From a virus: a DNA stretch of 64,000 nt. Below, one piece after another: positions 38,665-49,832 of the stretch (position 1 is its first letter; each line of letters starts with the position of its first letter). The stretch covers positions 1-64,000 of IMG/VR virus record IMGVR_UViG_3300013286_000009; one strand, written 5' to 3'. Below the pieces are notes generated by a model. That model searched no databases and was not told where the DNA came from. It worked only from the letters and a program-made list of their open reading frames with translations. The translations under genes and the position numbers were made by a program.

Positions 38665-41600
38665 TTATCGTTGACTAAAGAATACAAGGGCAACTGGTGC
38701 TCCGTCAATTCCGCCCGAAAACGTCATCTTAGAAGTTACCAGGATTTGTGCCCCAGTTGTATTACTTATCACATTATTTGCTATCTGAACTTGTCCTGCT
38801 ATCAAAGTATTTACGTTCAAGCTACTAGATCCGCCACCAATTTGAGCTGTAATATAGCTCTTAATCGCTTTTTGTGTTGGTACAATACTGTCGCTATTTG
38901 CTGTAAAGTACGGGTCTGTTGAAAATTGCGTAATAATTGCACTTCCAACACCTAAACTTACTGCACCCAGTTGCAATGATTGTAATCCTGACAAATTAAA
39001 CGCACTAGCGTTCAACGTAGCTGTACCAGTTGCTTGTTGAACTCCGAACAAGTTACCCACGTTAAAGTTACCGTCTTGATCAGTTGATGTAAAGAACACA
39101 CGACCGCCACCACTTGAATTTTGCTGATTTGCTTGAATAGCATTGGCAGCAATTACATATGGATAATTGGTTTGTGTTTGATTTCCAGTACCAATGTACA
39201 AGAAATCGTGTCCGGTTAAACGAACTTGACTGTATTTCAAACGTGTTGTAATTAGTGTACCTTGTGCCGGCGCCAGCAACGTACTCATACTTGGATTAAT
39301 CTGGAATGATGCTGTATAATTTCCAGCTATTCCTAAGATATTAGTTACTTGTACCAGTTTGTACCATTGTGAGCTACCAGTAATTGTTGCAAATTGCACG
39401 TTTGATCCTGCCGCTGGCATACTAGGTAGACCAGCAACGTTGATATAACTACCAACTTGATACAAATCGCTATAGCCATCACCTGCTGTTACAGCAGTAG
39501 CAGTTGTATTGTTTGTACCTCTGTTAGGAAAACTAGGATTACCTAATGCCCCGTCGGTTGTACGAACTCGAGTACTTGCAACGTTAACTTTGTTAGGATC
39601 AGTTATAGTAATAATTGGACCAGCAGTATAAATCATACCACTTGTAGTTGCCGCAGTAAATGCAATACTAGTGCCTGCTGTTGCTAATGCCGCACTAGTT
39701 GCAACTTGGAATGTCAATGAACCAATACTTGATCCTACAACATAATATATGGTGTTGGTAGATAAGCCGCTGAATGCCGCGTTAAATTCAATTGGCTGAT
39801 TGGCAATTAAGTTTTCAGTGTTGTCAGCAATAATAACACCCTGCACAGTTGCTACAACTGTTAGACCTGTTGTTGTTCCTACAGATGCCGCGCTGCCTGT
39901 CGGTGTTGTAGCAACTGATAGACTTGTGCCTGAACTTGATTGTACATAGTAAACCGTTGGGCTGGCAGATAAACTACCAACTGTGCTAGCAAATGTTATC
40001 GGCGATCCGACAGTTAAACTAGCACTAGAACTCAATGTAATGACTGTAGTACTGCTTGAGTTTACTGTTACAGTGGTAGCCGCAGTAATTGAACTGATAG
40101 TTCCTTTTGGATATCCGCTACCTGGTTCAACCATGCGTATCTCAGTAATTGCGTTGCTTGCCACTTTTGCTCTAGCCTGTGCAGTTGCGCCAGTGTGTGC
40201 AGATACTGCAACTGTTGAACTGGCCGCGTTTGAAATGCCTACCCACAAAGGATTATATCCAATAGTTGAATTAGTTAATACACTACCAAATGTTACAGCT
40301 TGCCATGTAGTAGAATTTGCAAATGCTTGTAACGACCAGTTAATACCGTCAGAGCTTACAGCACAGAAGTTATTAGAACTGCCTTTGGCCACTGCCATAA
40401 ACAAGCCTTCGCCGTAAGCAATACTTGACCATGTTGCCGCACTAGGCAATCCTGGACTGCCAGCTGCCGTAGATGCAAACCAAGTAACACCTAAATCGTA
40501 ACTGTAAGCTGTTGTGGTGGTGCCAGATGCTATTGCAACAAAACGTCCATTACCATATGTAATGCCGGTCCATGTTGCAGTACTAGGCAAAACTCCGCCT
40601 AGTGCCCATGTGTTACCATTTGTTGATTTTGCAGTAGTTGTACTGCCGCTGGCAATAGCAATATAAGCACCGTTACCGTATGCAACACTAGTGTAAGTTA
40701 CTGCACCAACTGTATTAGCGGCCGCTGTCCAGTTGGTATTTGCGCCATCGCTAGTATATGCCAATGCTGGAGTAGTAGTTGTTCCGCCAACAGCAATCCA
40801 TTTGCCGTTTCCGTAACAAACTGAATTAAAGTTTGAACCAGGTAATGTGCCGCCTGCACTCCATGATACACCAGTAGTACTGTAAACAGAACTTGTTGAA
40901 CTATTTGAAATAGCCAAGAAGCGACTTACAGCATCTGTAACAGTTATAGTTGGTACTGCGGTATATCCGTAACCGGGTATTGTTATAGTATAGCTACTTA
41001 CACCATAGTTGGTCATTGTTGCTGTTGCAACAGCCAATGTACCAACATAAGTTAATGCAACTCCGTATGTTCCCGCCGAGCCAGTTCCAGATGTAAATGT
41101 TGGAGCGGCAGCGGTAAACGTTCCGTTAGCACCTGCTTGATAGTAAGTGGTTGTAAATGTTGTACTATTATAATAAGAATAGTAAGTGTTTAAGGTAGCT
41201 GATCCGCCGCTACTCCAAATTGTTGCACTGTATGGAGGTGCAATAACAACTGAGGGAGTGCTGTAATAGTTTGAACCCCATTTTACAGGTGTAACGACAG
41301 TAACAATACTGGTTACTGCGGTAACTGTTGGTGTAGATGCATATCCGTTTCCTGGAATTATTACAGTTACTGATGAAATTGCGCCGTTTAATACTGTACA
41401 TGTTGCAGTTGCACCTGTGCCGCCGCCGCCCGAAAATACTATAACAGGAGGAGTTAAGTAGTTAAATCCGCCACTGACAATGTTTACTCCAATAATTTGA
41501 GAATAGCTGGAACCTGTAGTTCCAACAACTGCTGTTAATACCGCGGCTGATCCGCCAAAGCCGCCAACTGTAACTGTTGCAGAAGCGCCAGAGCCGCCAC

Positions 41601-44600
41601 CAAACGCAATGGATGACAATGAAGTCACACCCGATGCACCACCTGCATTCCAAGTTTTTCCGTCTGTACTGTAAGCAGTGGTAGTACTACCATTGGCAAT
41701 AGCTACATAACGATTAACTCCGTAAGCAACAGCTTGCCAAGTTGCACTTCCTATAGTTCTTGCTGTACTGCTGAATCCTGGGCCAGTATATGAAACTGCT
41801 GGCTCAATAATGTATGTAGTAGTTGAATCCATTGAAGTTTGGATTGCAGTTCCTGGAACAATATGATCCCAACTTGCGGCATATAGCGACACTGATTGAC
41901 TAGTAGTAGTTGTAATAGCTGAAGTAAATGCCACGCCGCCTGATGTGTCCGTTACTGAGAATGTGGTCGTGTTGACAACAGTTTTAACATAATAAACAAT
42001 ATTTGTTAATAATCCGCCAACCGCAGACGCTACATAGAATGGCATGTTGGCATATAATGTTGCTGTACTTGCAACTGTAACAGTTGAAGGTGTACCGTTT
42101 GTTGTTGCTGTAATAGTCAACGTAGCAAATGATGGTCTGATAATTTGGGCAATTTTACTGCCGTTAGTATATGAATAAATTGTTGCATATTGACCTACAC
42201 CAGTTCCAGCAGTTATCTGAATTTTCATTCCAACATAAGCGCCAGTTAGTGCTAAATCAGTAGCCGCAATAGTTATAAATCCAACTGTTGATCCAGCAGT
42301 AACAGCTTGTGCAGTACTAGTCGCAGTTACATAACTACTACCTCCCACACCTTGGCCATTATTCAAGTCAGTTAATCTTGTTTCGGTAACTGCGGCATCT
42401 CTAAATTCATCATGTGTTGCAGTTGCATTGTATCCACTACCGCTGATACCTGCTACGCTGTTTGAATAAGATGAACCAGCGTTTCCATATTCAAATCTCA
42501 ATACTTGATTCAGAACATCGGTGACTACGTTAGTAATTTGTGCGCCGTTGGCACGATTGTTTAATGTTCCGTAAATAGGAGTTTCGTATGTATCAACACC
42601 TTCTGCTACAACACCATATGTACCATATGAACTGTTGCCGTTGGTTGCACGAATACGTGCTCCTAGTTCTGCTAGGTATCCTGCATAGCCGTAGTAATTA
42701 AACACTGAAACTAGTTCTGATAAAGCGCCGGATCCAGTGACCCAGAAGCCAATACCGTCACCAATAATTGTTGTATAATCGTTGGCAACCATTGATTTAT
42801 TGCCACCGTTGTGCAATGCCGCATCCACTTTAGCGCCAGAACATGCATAGCCAAACATGGTATTATTTTGAACATAGCACGAACGTGCATAGATCCAACT
42901 GTTAGCATCGTTAGGGCCAAAGCCTGGATCAAGTGCCGCATAAGCACCAGCAGTTGGACGTTTGGTTCCAAAGCTGTTTACTACACTTAGATATCCGGTT
43001 AATCCGTTCATAGTGGTATTACGTATACCTGAACTATTACGCACTTGGAACATGTTAGATGTGATTGAGCCGCCAGTAACCGCATTAACATATAATTGGG
43101 CCGAACGTAATGATTTATAATTTCCCGGGAAATTTAAATCGTAAATCATAGCTGTTATATAAGCATTTGTATCGCGTAAACACTTAGCCAATGAATAGTA
43201 ATAAGATATAATCATCGAGCCAGCGCCGTTAATAACTTGGAATGGAGTTGTGCTTGATGCAGTGGTAGTCAATACCAGGGTAGTACTGCTAGGAACTGCA
43301 AGTACATAGTAAGTTGTTGTCAGTGCAAGATTTCCATATACTCCGCCAGCAACGCCTGTCATACTGCCCGATCCAATACCTAACGTAATTGCAGTGCCGC
43401 CGTATGTACTACTTAAAGTAATTGTACTTGCGCCTGAATTTACGTTGATGATATAGTATGGACTTCCTGAGTTAATTTGATTTCCAGTACCAGTTCCAAT
43501 AGGAGTTCCTGTAAACGTAACAATCATACCAGTTACTAAATTAGTAGTGCTATTTACAGTGACCACACCGCTTGCGGCTGTTGCTGTTGCAGTCGGTGTT
43601 GCTGTAACTGCACTGATAATTTGTACAGGATCGCCTATGGATAAATTATGAGCCGCACTGGTTGTTTGGTAATTATTCTGGCCAGTCACCGATGTTGATG
43701 CAACAGTTTGATTGGCGTTGACTGTAAACACTGTAGCACTGGTTGTTGCAACAATATAAGTTCCAGCAGTGACGCCTGTTCCGCTAAGAACTGTTCCAAT
43801 TTGGAAAGTTCCTGTTACAGAGCCACCAGCGGTGAATGTATAACCTGAGATTGTGCCTGCGCTTGCACTGGCACTGGCATTGGTTGTTGAAGTTATAGTT
43901 CCACTAAAATTAGCAGTGGTATAAGCACTGGCTTCGTATGCTAGAAAGTTTGCATTAGCACGTAAAATTTCTGCACCTTGAATAGTAGCCAAGGTATTAT
44001 TATAAGTTAATGTGCCGTGAACTTCAGGAGTTGTTCCAATTCCGTTAGTTAGGATATTAATAAACAATGCCATACTAGAGCTTGCATTGGCAGCGGCTGT
44101 ACTATTTCCTGCTAGTGTAGTAGCTATTTGACTTGTCAAATAATTGAATGCCGCAATAGTTGCTGATTTTTGTATGCCAACCACTCTGCTAGCCTGTGCT
44201 TGATAGTAACTCATTCCAGCTTTTACTGTTTGATAATTACTTCCAAGTATTGAATCGTACCCTACGCTATCAATTAGTAATCCAATGTCTCTATAGCAAA
44301 TAGTTTGTAAGTATGATAAGTTTGGAAAGTTAGTAGAAATATAATTAATAACACCTGCTTGCAAACTTGCACGAGCCGCACTTAATACAGCCTGACCCGA
44401 TTGTAGTGTAGTACTGGCTTGACTATAAGCAGGCAAACTAGAAACTTCAGCAGATATGGTTAAACCTGAACCGCTGACAAACGTTGTTATTACAGATCCG
44501 TTAAAACTATTGGATAATTGGAATTGTGTGCTAGTTAAGCCTGTACTTGAAACAAAATAAGCAACATTAGATCCAGTGATTGTAGTACTTGATACAGTTT

Positions 44601-47600
44601 GACTTATATTAACTGTATATGTTCCAGTACCGCCAGTTCCGGATACTAATGCAGTAATATATGTTCCTTGTGCAACACCTGTGCCGGTTATAATTTGACC
44701 AACTGCAAATGCACCAGTTGGTGAGCCGCTTATTGTTAGAGTATATGCACTAATGACACCTGTTCCAGATCCTGGAACAATTACAGTATCGTTAGCATTC
44801 AAATTATGTGTTGTACTAGCTGTAAATGTTGTTCCTGTAGCAATAGTATTAATTGTAATCTTAGGTGCACTGGTATAGCCGTTGGTAACAATATTGGTAA
44901 TATTGGTCATCAATGTACTTACTAATGTCGCTTGAGTACTTGTTCCACTAGCGCCAGTCACGCGAGGTACTGTAGTTTGTAACCTAGTGTATGCCGCGCC
45001 TTGTGCAAGTGCTTGAGCAATGGTGCTGATCTGCGATATGCTGGCTAACCAAGCTGTTTGTTCAGTCGAAGCTAACAAGAACTGTCCAGTAATAAAACTA
45101 TAGTATGCCTTGGCAGCTTTAACAGTGGCATAATTTCCACCATATGTCAAATCATAACGTAGAGCATCAATGATATATCCTATGTTTTGCTGATATACAG
45201 TTTGACTATAAACTAAACTTGCATAGTTAGTCGTAATGTATTGAATAATTTCGGCTTGTATAAATGCTTTATTTGCAAAAATAATTTTTGCGGCATTTCC
45301 AGTATTAGTAACAATATTACTAGGATCAGGCCATGTAAATCTTGCTGGAACACTTCCGCCATTAACATAAGCAATTATGTCATTAATCATGTTAGTCAAC
45401 TGCGCAACACTACCGCTGGCCGCAATATGACGTGCTTTATATTTGATAAAGTTTACTGCGCCTAATTCTGCGGCTAGTTGGCTTGTTCTTACAATATTAA
45501 CACTGGCAATATTTCTATTGTATGAACGACCAACAGTTATAGAACTAAAGTTACTACCAAATACCAAATCATAAACAAGGGCATCAACAATATAACCAGC
45601 ATCGCGGCTACATGTTGAACTATTAAAGTTCATTGTTTGATAGTTCTTTTGTACCCATGCAACTGTATCGGCTTGAATTTCTGAACGTTTAGCAACCACG
45701 GCATTATATGCTGTTTGTAAACTTGAACTTGTAAGTGCGATAGCACTAGTCGGCAATACGCTTGCATCAGCCGCACTATTATTGATCCAGTCGTTAATTT
45801 CAGTCATACGTGCTTGAGCAAATGTTGCCGCTGCCGACGATCCGGCAGTACCGAATGTTACTTGAGATGTTCCTGAGAAACCAGTCGATGTTGTTACTGT
45901 TTGCGCTTGGATAATTTGTCCTAAAATAGTAGACAAACGTCCGTATGCGGCAACAGTTGCGGCTTTTTCTGTTGTAGCGATAGTTGTAAGATAGTTACTG
46001 TAGTAAGAACTACCTGCAATTAATGTTTGATTATTACAACCATAAGTCATATCAAACTGCAATGCATCTAGCAAATAACCAACGTCACGTTGGCATGTTG
46101 CTTGTACGATTGCAGTCCAAACAGAACTATAGTTATAAGCTAGATAAGCCGAAATTTCATCTTTAATAAATTGATAATTTCTTATAATCTGTGCAAGACC
46201 ATCACCATAGCCTACTAAGAATGAAGAGTTATATCCCGTAACTGGAGGAATTGTAAATGCTTGGTTAAGACTAGTTATAGTACCTTGTACAGTAATTGAG
46301 CCAGTTGTTGTAGATGCAAAACTTACACTAGTTGTTGTACATGCTGTAACAGCATAGTAACTATTATATCCAACTGGTGTTACTCCGTATACTTGTATGT
46401 TTTGTCCTACTTGATACGGAGGTGCGCTTTGAATTGAAAAATTCAATGTAACTACTGATCCAGTTGCACTTGCTAAACCAGTAGTAGCTAACGATACCAC
46501 TGCAGGTGCTGTTGGTACATTACTAATACCATTATTAATAATGTCGTACATTAAATCACAATTAGTACTAACTCTAGTTGTTGCTAATGTGCTACCAACA
46601 TCGCCCGCTGGCAATGAAGTAACTTGAGTTTGTGTATTTCCGCTAGTAGCAGTAACAGTAGCATTTGATAATAAAGTAGGCAATATTGTTTGGATACGAG
46701 TTAGTGCCGCTATTGATTTTGGTTTATCAGTGGCTAGTAATGCAATAGCTTGTGCTGGCTGGATAACTGTACTTCGTAGTTCGTCTCCTACTATTGCTGT
46801 ATATGCTGGAAGTATGATTGGTAAAATTTCATTGTACGTGCCAGTTTTAACACTGACAGTAGTATTTGGATTGATTACGTTAGCAATACCAGTATTGGTT
46901 CCAGCAATTAACGCTGTGGTTATAATACTTAAATTGGCCTGAGTAATTGCCAATGCTGTTGATTCAGCAGTCAATGTCGAATCAATAATTTGTAGAGCTC
47001 TAGTAGAAATACTAGTTAATGTTTGGTAATTACTTGCCGGAGCAGTATTTGCCAATACACTGGCGAATAATGTATTTGCTAGATAATTGTAACTGGCTAC
47101 AGATTGGCTTGCTTGATATCCAAACGCTGTGGTAATGTATGCGCCGTTTGAGAAATAACTTTGAGCCGCTGTATAATTTTTATAAGTGCCACCATGTGTT
47201 AAATCAAATATTGCCGCATCAACTAGATAACCGACATCGCGTTCGCACTTAGCTGTATTGTAAACTAGCGTGGCAGTCATTGCCGTAGACCCAGCAGTTA
47301 AAACAAGAGCCTGGCCTCCATAAGTAGTTGTAATACTAAAGTGAGTTGAATCAACAATACTTTGTACATAATAAGTTTGGCCTGCGGTTACTCCGCCACC
47401 AGTCCCTGAAAAACTGATTGGCATACCCACTGTCATAGTTGCAGTAGTTGATTGATATGAGCTACCTGCACCGACAGCAAATGCTGTTGTACTAGCAGAT
47501 AATACACTATATGAATATTGGTATACAGTCCATGCACTAACTTCTTTCATCATAAACTGTTTGTTTTTTGTTAATAATGCTCCAGCATTGGTATTTAAAT

Positions 47601-49785
47601 AACCATCTTCGATTTGTTTGCAAGCATAACGAATGGTCGCCCAAGGTTTATCAATAGTTGTACCTTGTCCGTTAGTAGTTGCATCTGTACCGTTAGTTGC
47701 TACGTAAACAATATTGTTGATTTGTCCGTAATATTGCCACGCTGGAATAGTATTGTTGACACGTAATAATTGTCCGTCAGTACCGATTGGTAGGCGTGTC
47801 GGGCCGTTTGCTCCGTAATAGAACATATCGCCCTGTGTGGTTAGAACAGCTGACTCTGCGCCGCTGGCTAGTAAATTCCAATATGTTGCTACAGTATCTG
47901 CATCTGGGCGATTGCCGCTTGTTGCCACGTGTGCCGATACACAAATATAACTGTTTGCTCCAAAGTACACACTGTCGCCTAGCACATAGGCAGTACCAGT
48001 AACCCATGTAACTGAATAGCCTGTTGCACTTATACCGCCTGATTGAATTACTCCACTACTAACAGTATTAACTGTAATTGTAATATCGTTTGCTGGACTA
48101 ATACCGCCAACACTAGTACCTAAAATCTTTATAGTATTGTTTGTTCCGTATCCGGTCCCGCCATTGTTGACAGTAACAGTATATATTGTTTTGCTTGCAG
48201 TAATATTGAATGTTGCACTCGAGCCTGTACCAATAATATTTGTTCCACTAACGGCAGAATAAGTTGAATTTGTTGGGTTCCAACGAATACCAGAATTTAA
48301 TCTTGTCCAAAATGTGGCAAATGGCGGTGTTGGATTAGAGGTAACTGTAAATGCACTACCGCTACTAGTGCCGGCTGTAAGAGCAGTTGCACTTCCAGCA
48401 CTTATAGTTGTTGCTACTTTAAAGTGGGTACTATCAACCACCGCTTGTACATAATATTGTTGTGATGTTGATAATCCGCCAATTGCGGTTCCTGAAAAAT
48501 TAATAGGTAAATTTAAAACTAGGCCAGCAGTTGAACTAACGGTAATTTGATTTGGAATTGATACGTCGCCGCTGGCAGCGGTTGCTGTTACATTTAAAGT
48601 TACCGCACTGTTGTCAACTGTTGCAAGATAAGTATATCCGCCTAAACGCACAACATGACCAATTTTATAAGAGTTTGAATTTACCCAATCGCCTTGGAAA
48701 CTAAAACCCGATGTGAATGGTTGCCAGTATGCCGTAGCAGTACTAGGAATTTGATTTAATCCGTTTTGAATAGCAGTATATGTATTACCGCCATAAGTTA
48801 CGACATCACCTAGGATGTAATTAGTTGCGCTTGACCAGCTGTTAACAAATTCAAAACCACTTACAAACAAACTAAACTTAGTACCATCTAGGGTGGTGCC
48901 AGAAGATGTATGTTGTGTCGTACAAATCCATAGATCAGCACCGTAGGTTACAACGTCGTTTAATCGATATCGAACACTACTCCCACTCCATGTACTGCGA
49001 TAAATGATACCAGCATTGAATGTATCCCATTTGCCAGAATCATTTTCTAAACCTAATGTAGTTGTGTTTGCGGATATGTGTGCGGCATTACATAGATAGC
49101 TATATCCGCCATAGGTTACTAAATCTCGAACTTTATATCGCGTGTTAGTAGACCAAGATTGAGACCAATTAATATTTGACGCAAAAGCAGTCCATTTCGC
49201 TTGATCGTTTTCTAAACCAAATTGATTTGTTCCTGTCACGGTTCCTAAAGTTACAACAGAATAAGTTCCAGTTAGTGCAAATGTCAGCTGTGTGGTTGAG
49301 CAAGTTACAACTGTGAATGTTGTGTTAACAGTATTAACTACAGTACTAGTTGATGTTGGACTGAATCCAGCCAACGTGATAGTTGAACCAACAAGAAACG
49401 GCTGTACAATCTGACTTGAATAAGTCAACGTCGCAGTGCCACCGCTGACTATAAATCCAGTAGCAGTTATTGTGGATGTTGTAGCAACGCTAGTATGCGG
49501 TGTAACACACTGGTATACAATTCCGCCATATAACGCTTGATCGCCCGTATTATAATACGTATTATTAGCCCAAGAGCCTGTCCATTTTGAGCCATCGGCC
49601 ACAAGATTCCAGTTGGTTGGATTAGCAGTTAAATCTGTTACAAACAAAGACGAAGCCGTGTGGCTAATTACACAAATATATGTTTTTCCGCCTACTGTAA
49701 CAACATCATCAACTACATACGCAGTGCTAGTTGCCCAAGCACCTTGATAAACAAACTTAATCCTACCAAGTTTAAATTCTGCCAT
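38665..49785 (-). CDS. Giant virion structural protein (3706 aa), fibre/baseplate-associated
   Basis: N-terminal W...T.Y...D.V.YGG..Y.C...H repeats (CBM5/12-like), pectin-lyase-like YVA..G.D...PW.TI.YA, CxRD helical repeats, W..VAYG.G.F.A propeller-like repeats, C-terminal HDFL..GRVF.TSTDQDGNF; TAAATA at 49805-49810 and GAGGA SD. Confidence 0.75.
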   Translation of the reverse strand: MAEFKLGRIKFVYQGAWATSTAYVVDDVVTVGGKTYICVISHTASSLFVTDLTANPTNWNLVADGSKWTGSWANNTYYNTGDQALYGGIVYQCVTPHTSVATTSTITATGFIVSGGTATLTYSSQIVQPFLVGSTITLAGFSPTSTSTVVNTVNTTFTVVTCSTTQLTFALTGTYSVVTLGTVTGTNQFGLENDQAKWTAFASNINWSQSWSTNTRYKVRDLVTYGGYSYLCNAAHISANTTTLGLENDSGKWDTFNAGIIYRSTWSGSSVRYRLNDVVTYGADLWICTTQHTSSGTTLDGTKFSLFVSGFEFVNSWSSATNYILGDVVTYGGNTYTAIQNGLNQIPSTATAYWQPFTSGFSFQGDWVNSNSYKIGHVVRLGGYTYLATVDNSAVTLNVTATAASGDVSIPNQITVSSTAGLVLNLPINFSGTAIGGLSTSQQYYVQAVVDSTHFKVATTISAGSATALTAGTSSGSAFTVTSNPTPPFATFWTRLNSGIRWNPTNSTYSAVSGTNIIGTGSSATFNITASKTIYTVTVNNGGTGYGTNNTIKILGTSVGGISPANDITITVNTVSSGVIQSGGISATGYSVTWVTGTAYVLGDSVYFGANSYICVSAHVATSGNRPDADTVATYWNLLASGAESAVLTTQGDMFYYGANGPTRLPIGTDGQLLRVNNTIPAWQYYGQINNIVYVATNGTDATTNGQGTTIDKPWATIRYACKQIEDGYLNTNAGALLTKNKQFMMKEVSAWTVYQYSYSVLSASTTAFAVGAGSSYQSTTATMTVGMPISFSGTGGGVTAGQTYYVQSIVDSTHFSITTTYGGQALVLTAGSTAMTATLVYNTAKCERDVGYLVDAAIFDLTHGGTYKNYTAAQSYFSNGAYITTAFGYQASQSVASYNYLANTLFASVLANTAPASNYQTLTSISTRALQIIDSTLTAESTALAITQANLSIITTALIAGTNTGIANVINPNTTVSVKTGTYNEILPIILPAYTAIVGDELRSTVIQPAQAIALLATDKPKSIAALTRIQTILPTLLSNATVTATSGNTQTQVTSLPAGDVGSTLATTRVSTNCDLMYDIINNGISNVPTAPAVVSLATTGLASATGSVVTLNFSIQSAPPYQVGQNIQVYGVTPVGYNSYYAVTACTTTSVSFASTTTGSITVQGTITSLNQAFTIPPVTGYNSSFLVGYGDGLAQIIRNYQFIKDEISAYLAYNYSSVWTAIVQATCQRDVGYLLDALQFDMTYGCNNQTLIAGSSYYSNYLTTIATTEKAATVAAYGRLSTILGQIIQAQTVTTSTGFSGTSQVTFGTAGSSAAATFAQARMTEINDWINNSAADASVLPTSAIALTSSSLQTAYNAVVAKRSEIQADTVAWVQKNYQTMNFNSSTCSRDAGYIVDALVYDLVFGSNFSSITVGRSYNRNIASVNIVRTSQLAAELGAVNFIKYKARHIAASGSVAQLTNMINDIIAYVNGGSVPARFTWPDPSNIVTNTGNAAKIIFANKAFIQAEIIQYITTNYASLVYSQTVYQQNIGYIIDALRYDLTYGGNYATVKAAKAYYSFITGQFLLASTEQTAWLASISQISTIAQALAQGAAYTRLQTTVPRVTGASGTSTQATLVSTLMTNITNIVTNGYTSAPKITINTIATGTTFTASTTHNLNANDTVIVPGSGTGVISAYTLTISGSPTGAFAVGQIITGTGVAQGTYITALVSGTGGTGTYTVNISQTVSSTTITGSNVAYFVSSTGLTSTQFQLSNSFNGSVITTFVSGSGLTISAEVSSLPAYSQASTTLQSGQAVLSAARASLQAGVINYISTNFPNLSYLQTICYRDIGLLIDSVGYDSILGSNYQTVKAGMSYYQAQASRVVGIQKSATIAAFNYLTSQIATTLAGNSTAAANASSSMALFINILTNGIGTTPEVHGTLTYNNTLATIQGAEILRANANFLAYEASAYTTANFSGTITSTTNASASASAGTISGYTFTAGGSVTGTFQIGTVLSGTGVTAGTYIVATTSATVFTVNANQTVASTSVTGQNNYQTTSAAHNLSIGDPVQIISAVTATPTATATAASGVVTVNSTTNLVTGMIVTFTGTPIGTGTGNQINSGSPYYIINVNSGASTITLSSTYGGTAITLGIGSGSMTGVAGGVYGNLALTTTYYVLAVPSSTTLVLTTTASSTTPFQVINGAGSMIISYYYSLAKCLRDTNAYITAMIYDLNFPGNYKSLRSAQLYVNAVTGGSITSNMFQVRNSSGIRNTTMNGLTGYLSVVNSFGTKRPTAGAYAALDPGFGPNDANSWIYARSCYVQNNTMFGYACSGAKVDAALHNGGNKSMVANDYTTIIGDGIGFWVTGSGALSELVSVFNYYGYAGYLAELGARIRATNGNSSYGTYGVVAEGVDTYETPIYGTLNNRANGAQITNVVTDVLNQVLRFEYGNAGSSYSNSVAGISGSGYNATATHDEFRDAAVTETRLTDLNNGQGVGGSSYVTATSTAQAVTAGSTVGFITIAATDLALTGAYVGMKIQITAGTGVGQYATIYSYTNGSKIAQIIRPSFATLTITATTNGTPSTVTVASTATLYANMPFYVASAVGGLLTNIVYYVKTVVNTTTFSVTDTSGGVAFTSAITTTTSQSVSLYAASWDHIVPGTAIQTSMDSTTTYIIEPAVSYTGPGFSSTARTIGSATWQAVAYGVNRYVAIANGSTTTAYSTDGKTWNAGGASGVTSLSSIAFGGGSGASATVTVGGFGGSAAVLTAVVGTTGSSYSQIIGVNIVSGGFNYLTPPVIVFSGGGGTGATATCTVLNGAISSVTVIIPGNGYASTPTVTAVTSIVTVVTPVKWGSNYYSTPSVVIAPPYSATIWSSGGSATLNTYYSYYNSTTFTTTYYQAGANGTFTAAAPTFTSGTGSAGTYGVALTYVGTLAVATATMTNYGVSSYTITIPGYGYTAVPTITVTDAVSRFLAISNSSTSSVYSTTGVSWSAGGTLPGSNFNSVCYGNGKWIAVGGTTTTPALAYTSDGANTNWTAAANTVGAVTYTSVAYGNGAYIAIASGSTTTAKSTNGNTWALGGVLPSTATWTGITYGNGRFVAIASGTTTTAYSYDLGVTWFASTAAGSPGLPSAATWSSIAYGEGLFMAVAKGSSNNFCAVSSDGINWSLQAFANSTTWQAVTFGSVLTNSTIGYNPLWVGISNAASSTVAVSAHTGATAQARAKVASNAITEIRMVEPGSGYPKGTISSITAATTVTVNSSSTTVITLSSSASLTVGSPITFASTVGSLSASPTVYYVQSSSGTSLSVATTPTGSAASVGTTTGLTVVATVQGVIIADNTENLIANQPIEFNAAFSGLSTNTIYYVVGSSIGSLTFQVATSAALATAGTSIAFTAATTSGMIYTAGPIITITDPNKVNVASTRVRTTDGALGNPSFPNRGTNNTTATAVTAGDGYSDLYQVGSYINVAGLPSMPAAGSNVQFATITGSSQWYKLVQVTNILGIAGNYTASFQINPSMSTLLAPAQGTLITTRLKYSQVRLTGHDFLYIGTGNQTQTNYPYVIAANAIQANQQNSSGGGRVFFTSTDQDGNFNVGNLFGVQQATGTATLNASAFNLSGLQSLQLGAVSLGVGSAIITQFSTDPYFTANSDSIVPTQKAIKSYITAQIGGGSSSLNVNTLIAGQVQIANNVISNTTGAQILVTSKMTFSGGIDGAPVALVFFSQR

Positions 49786-49832
49786 TTTATTATTCCTCTG
49801 ATAATATTTATCTTAATTAAAATTATTAAGTT

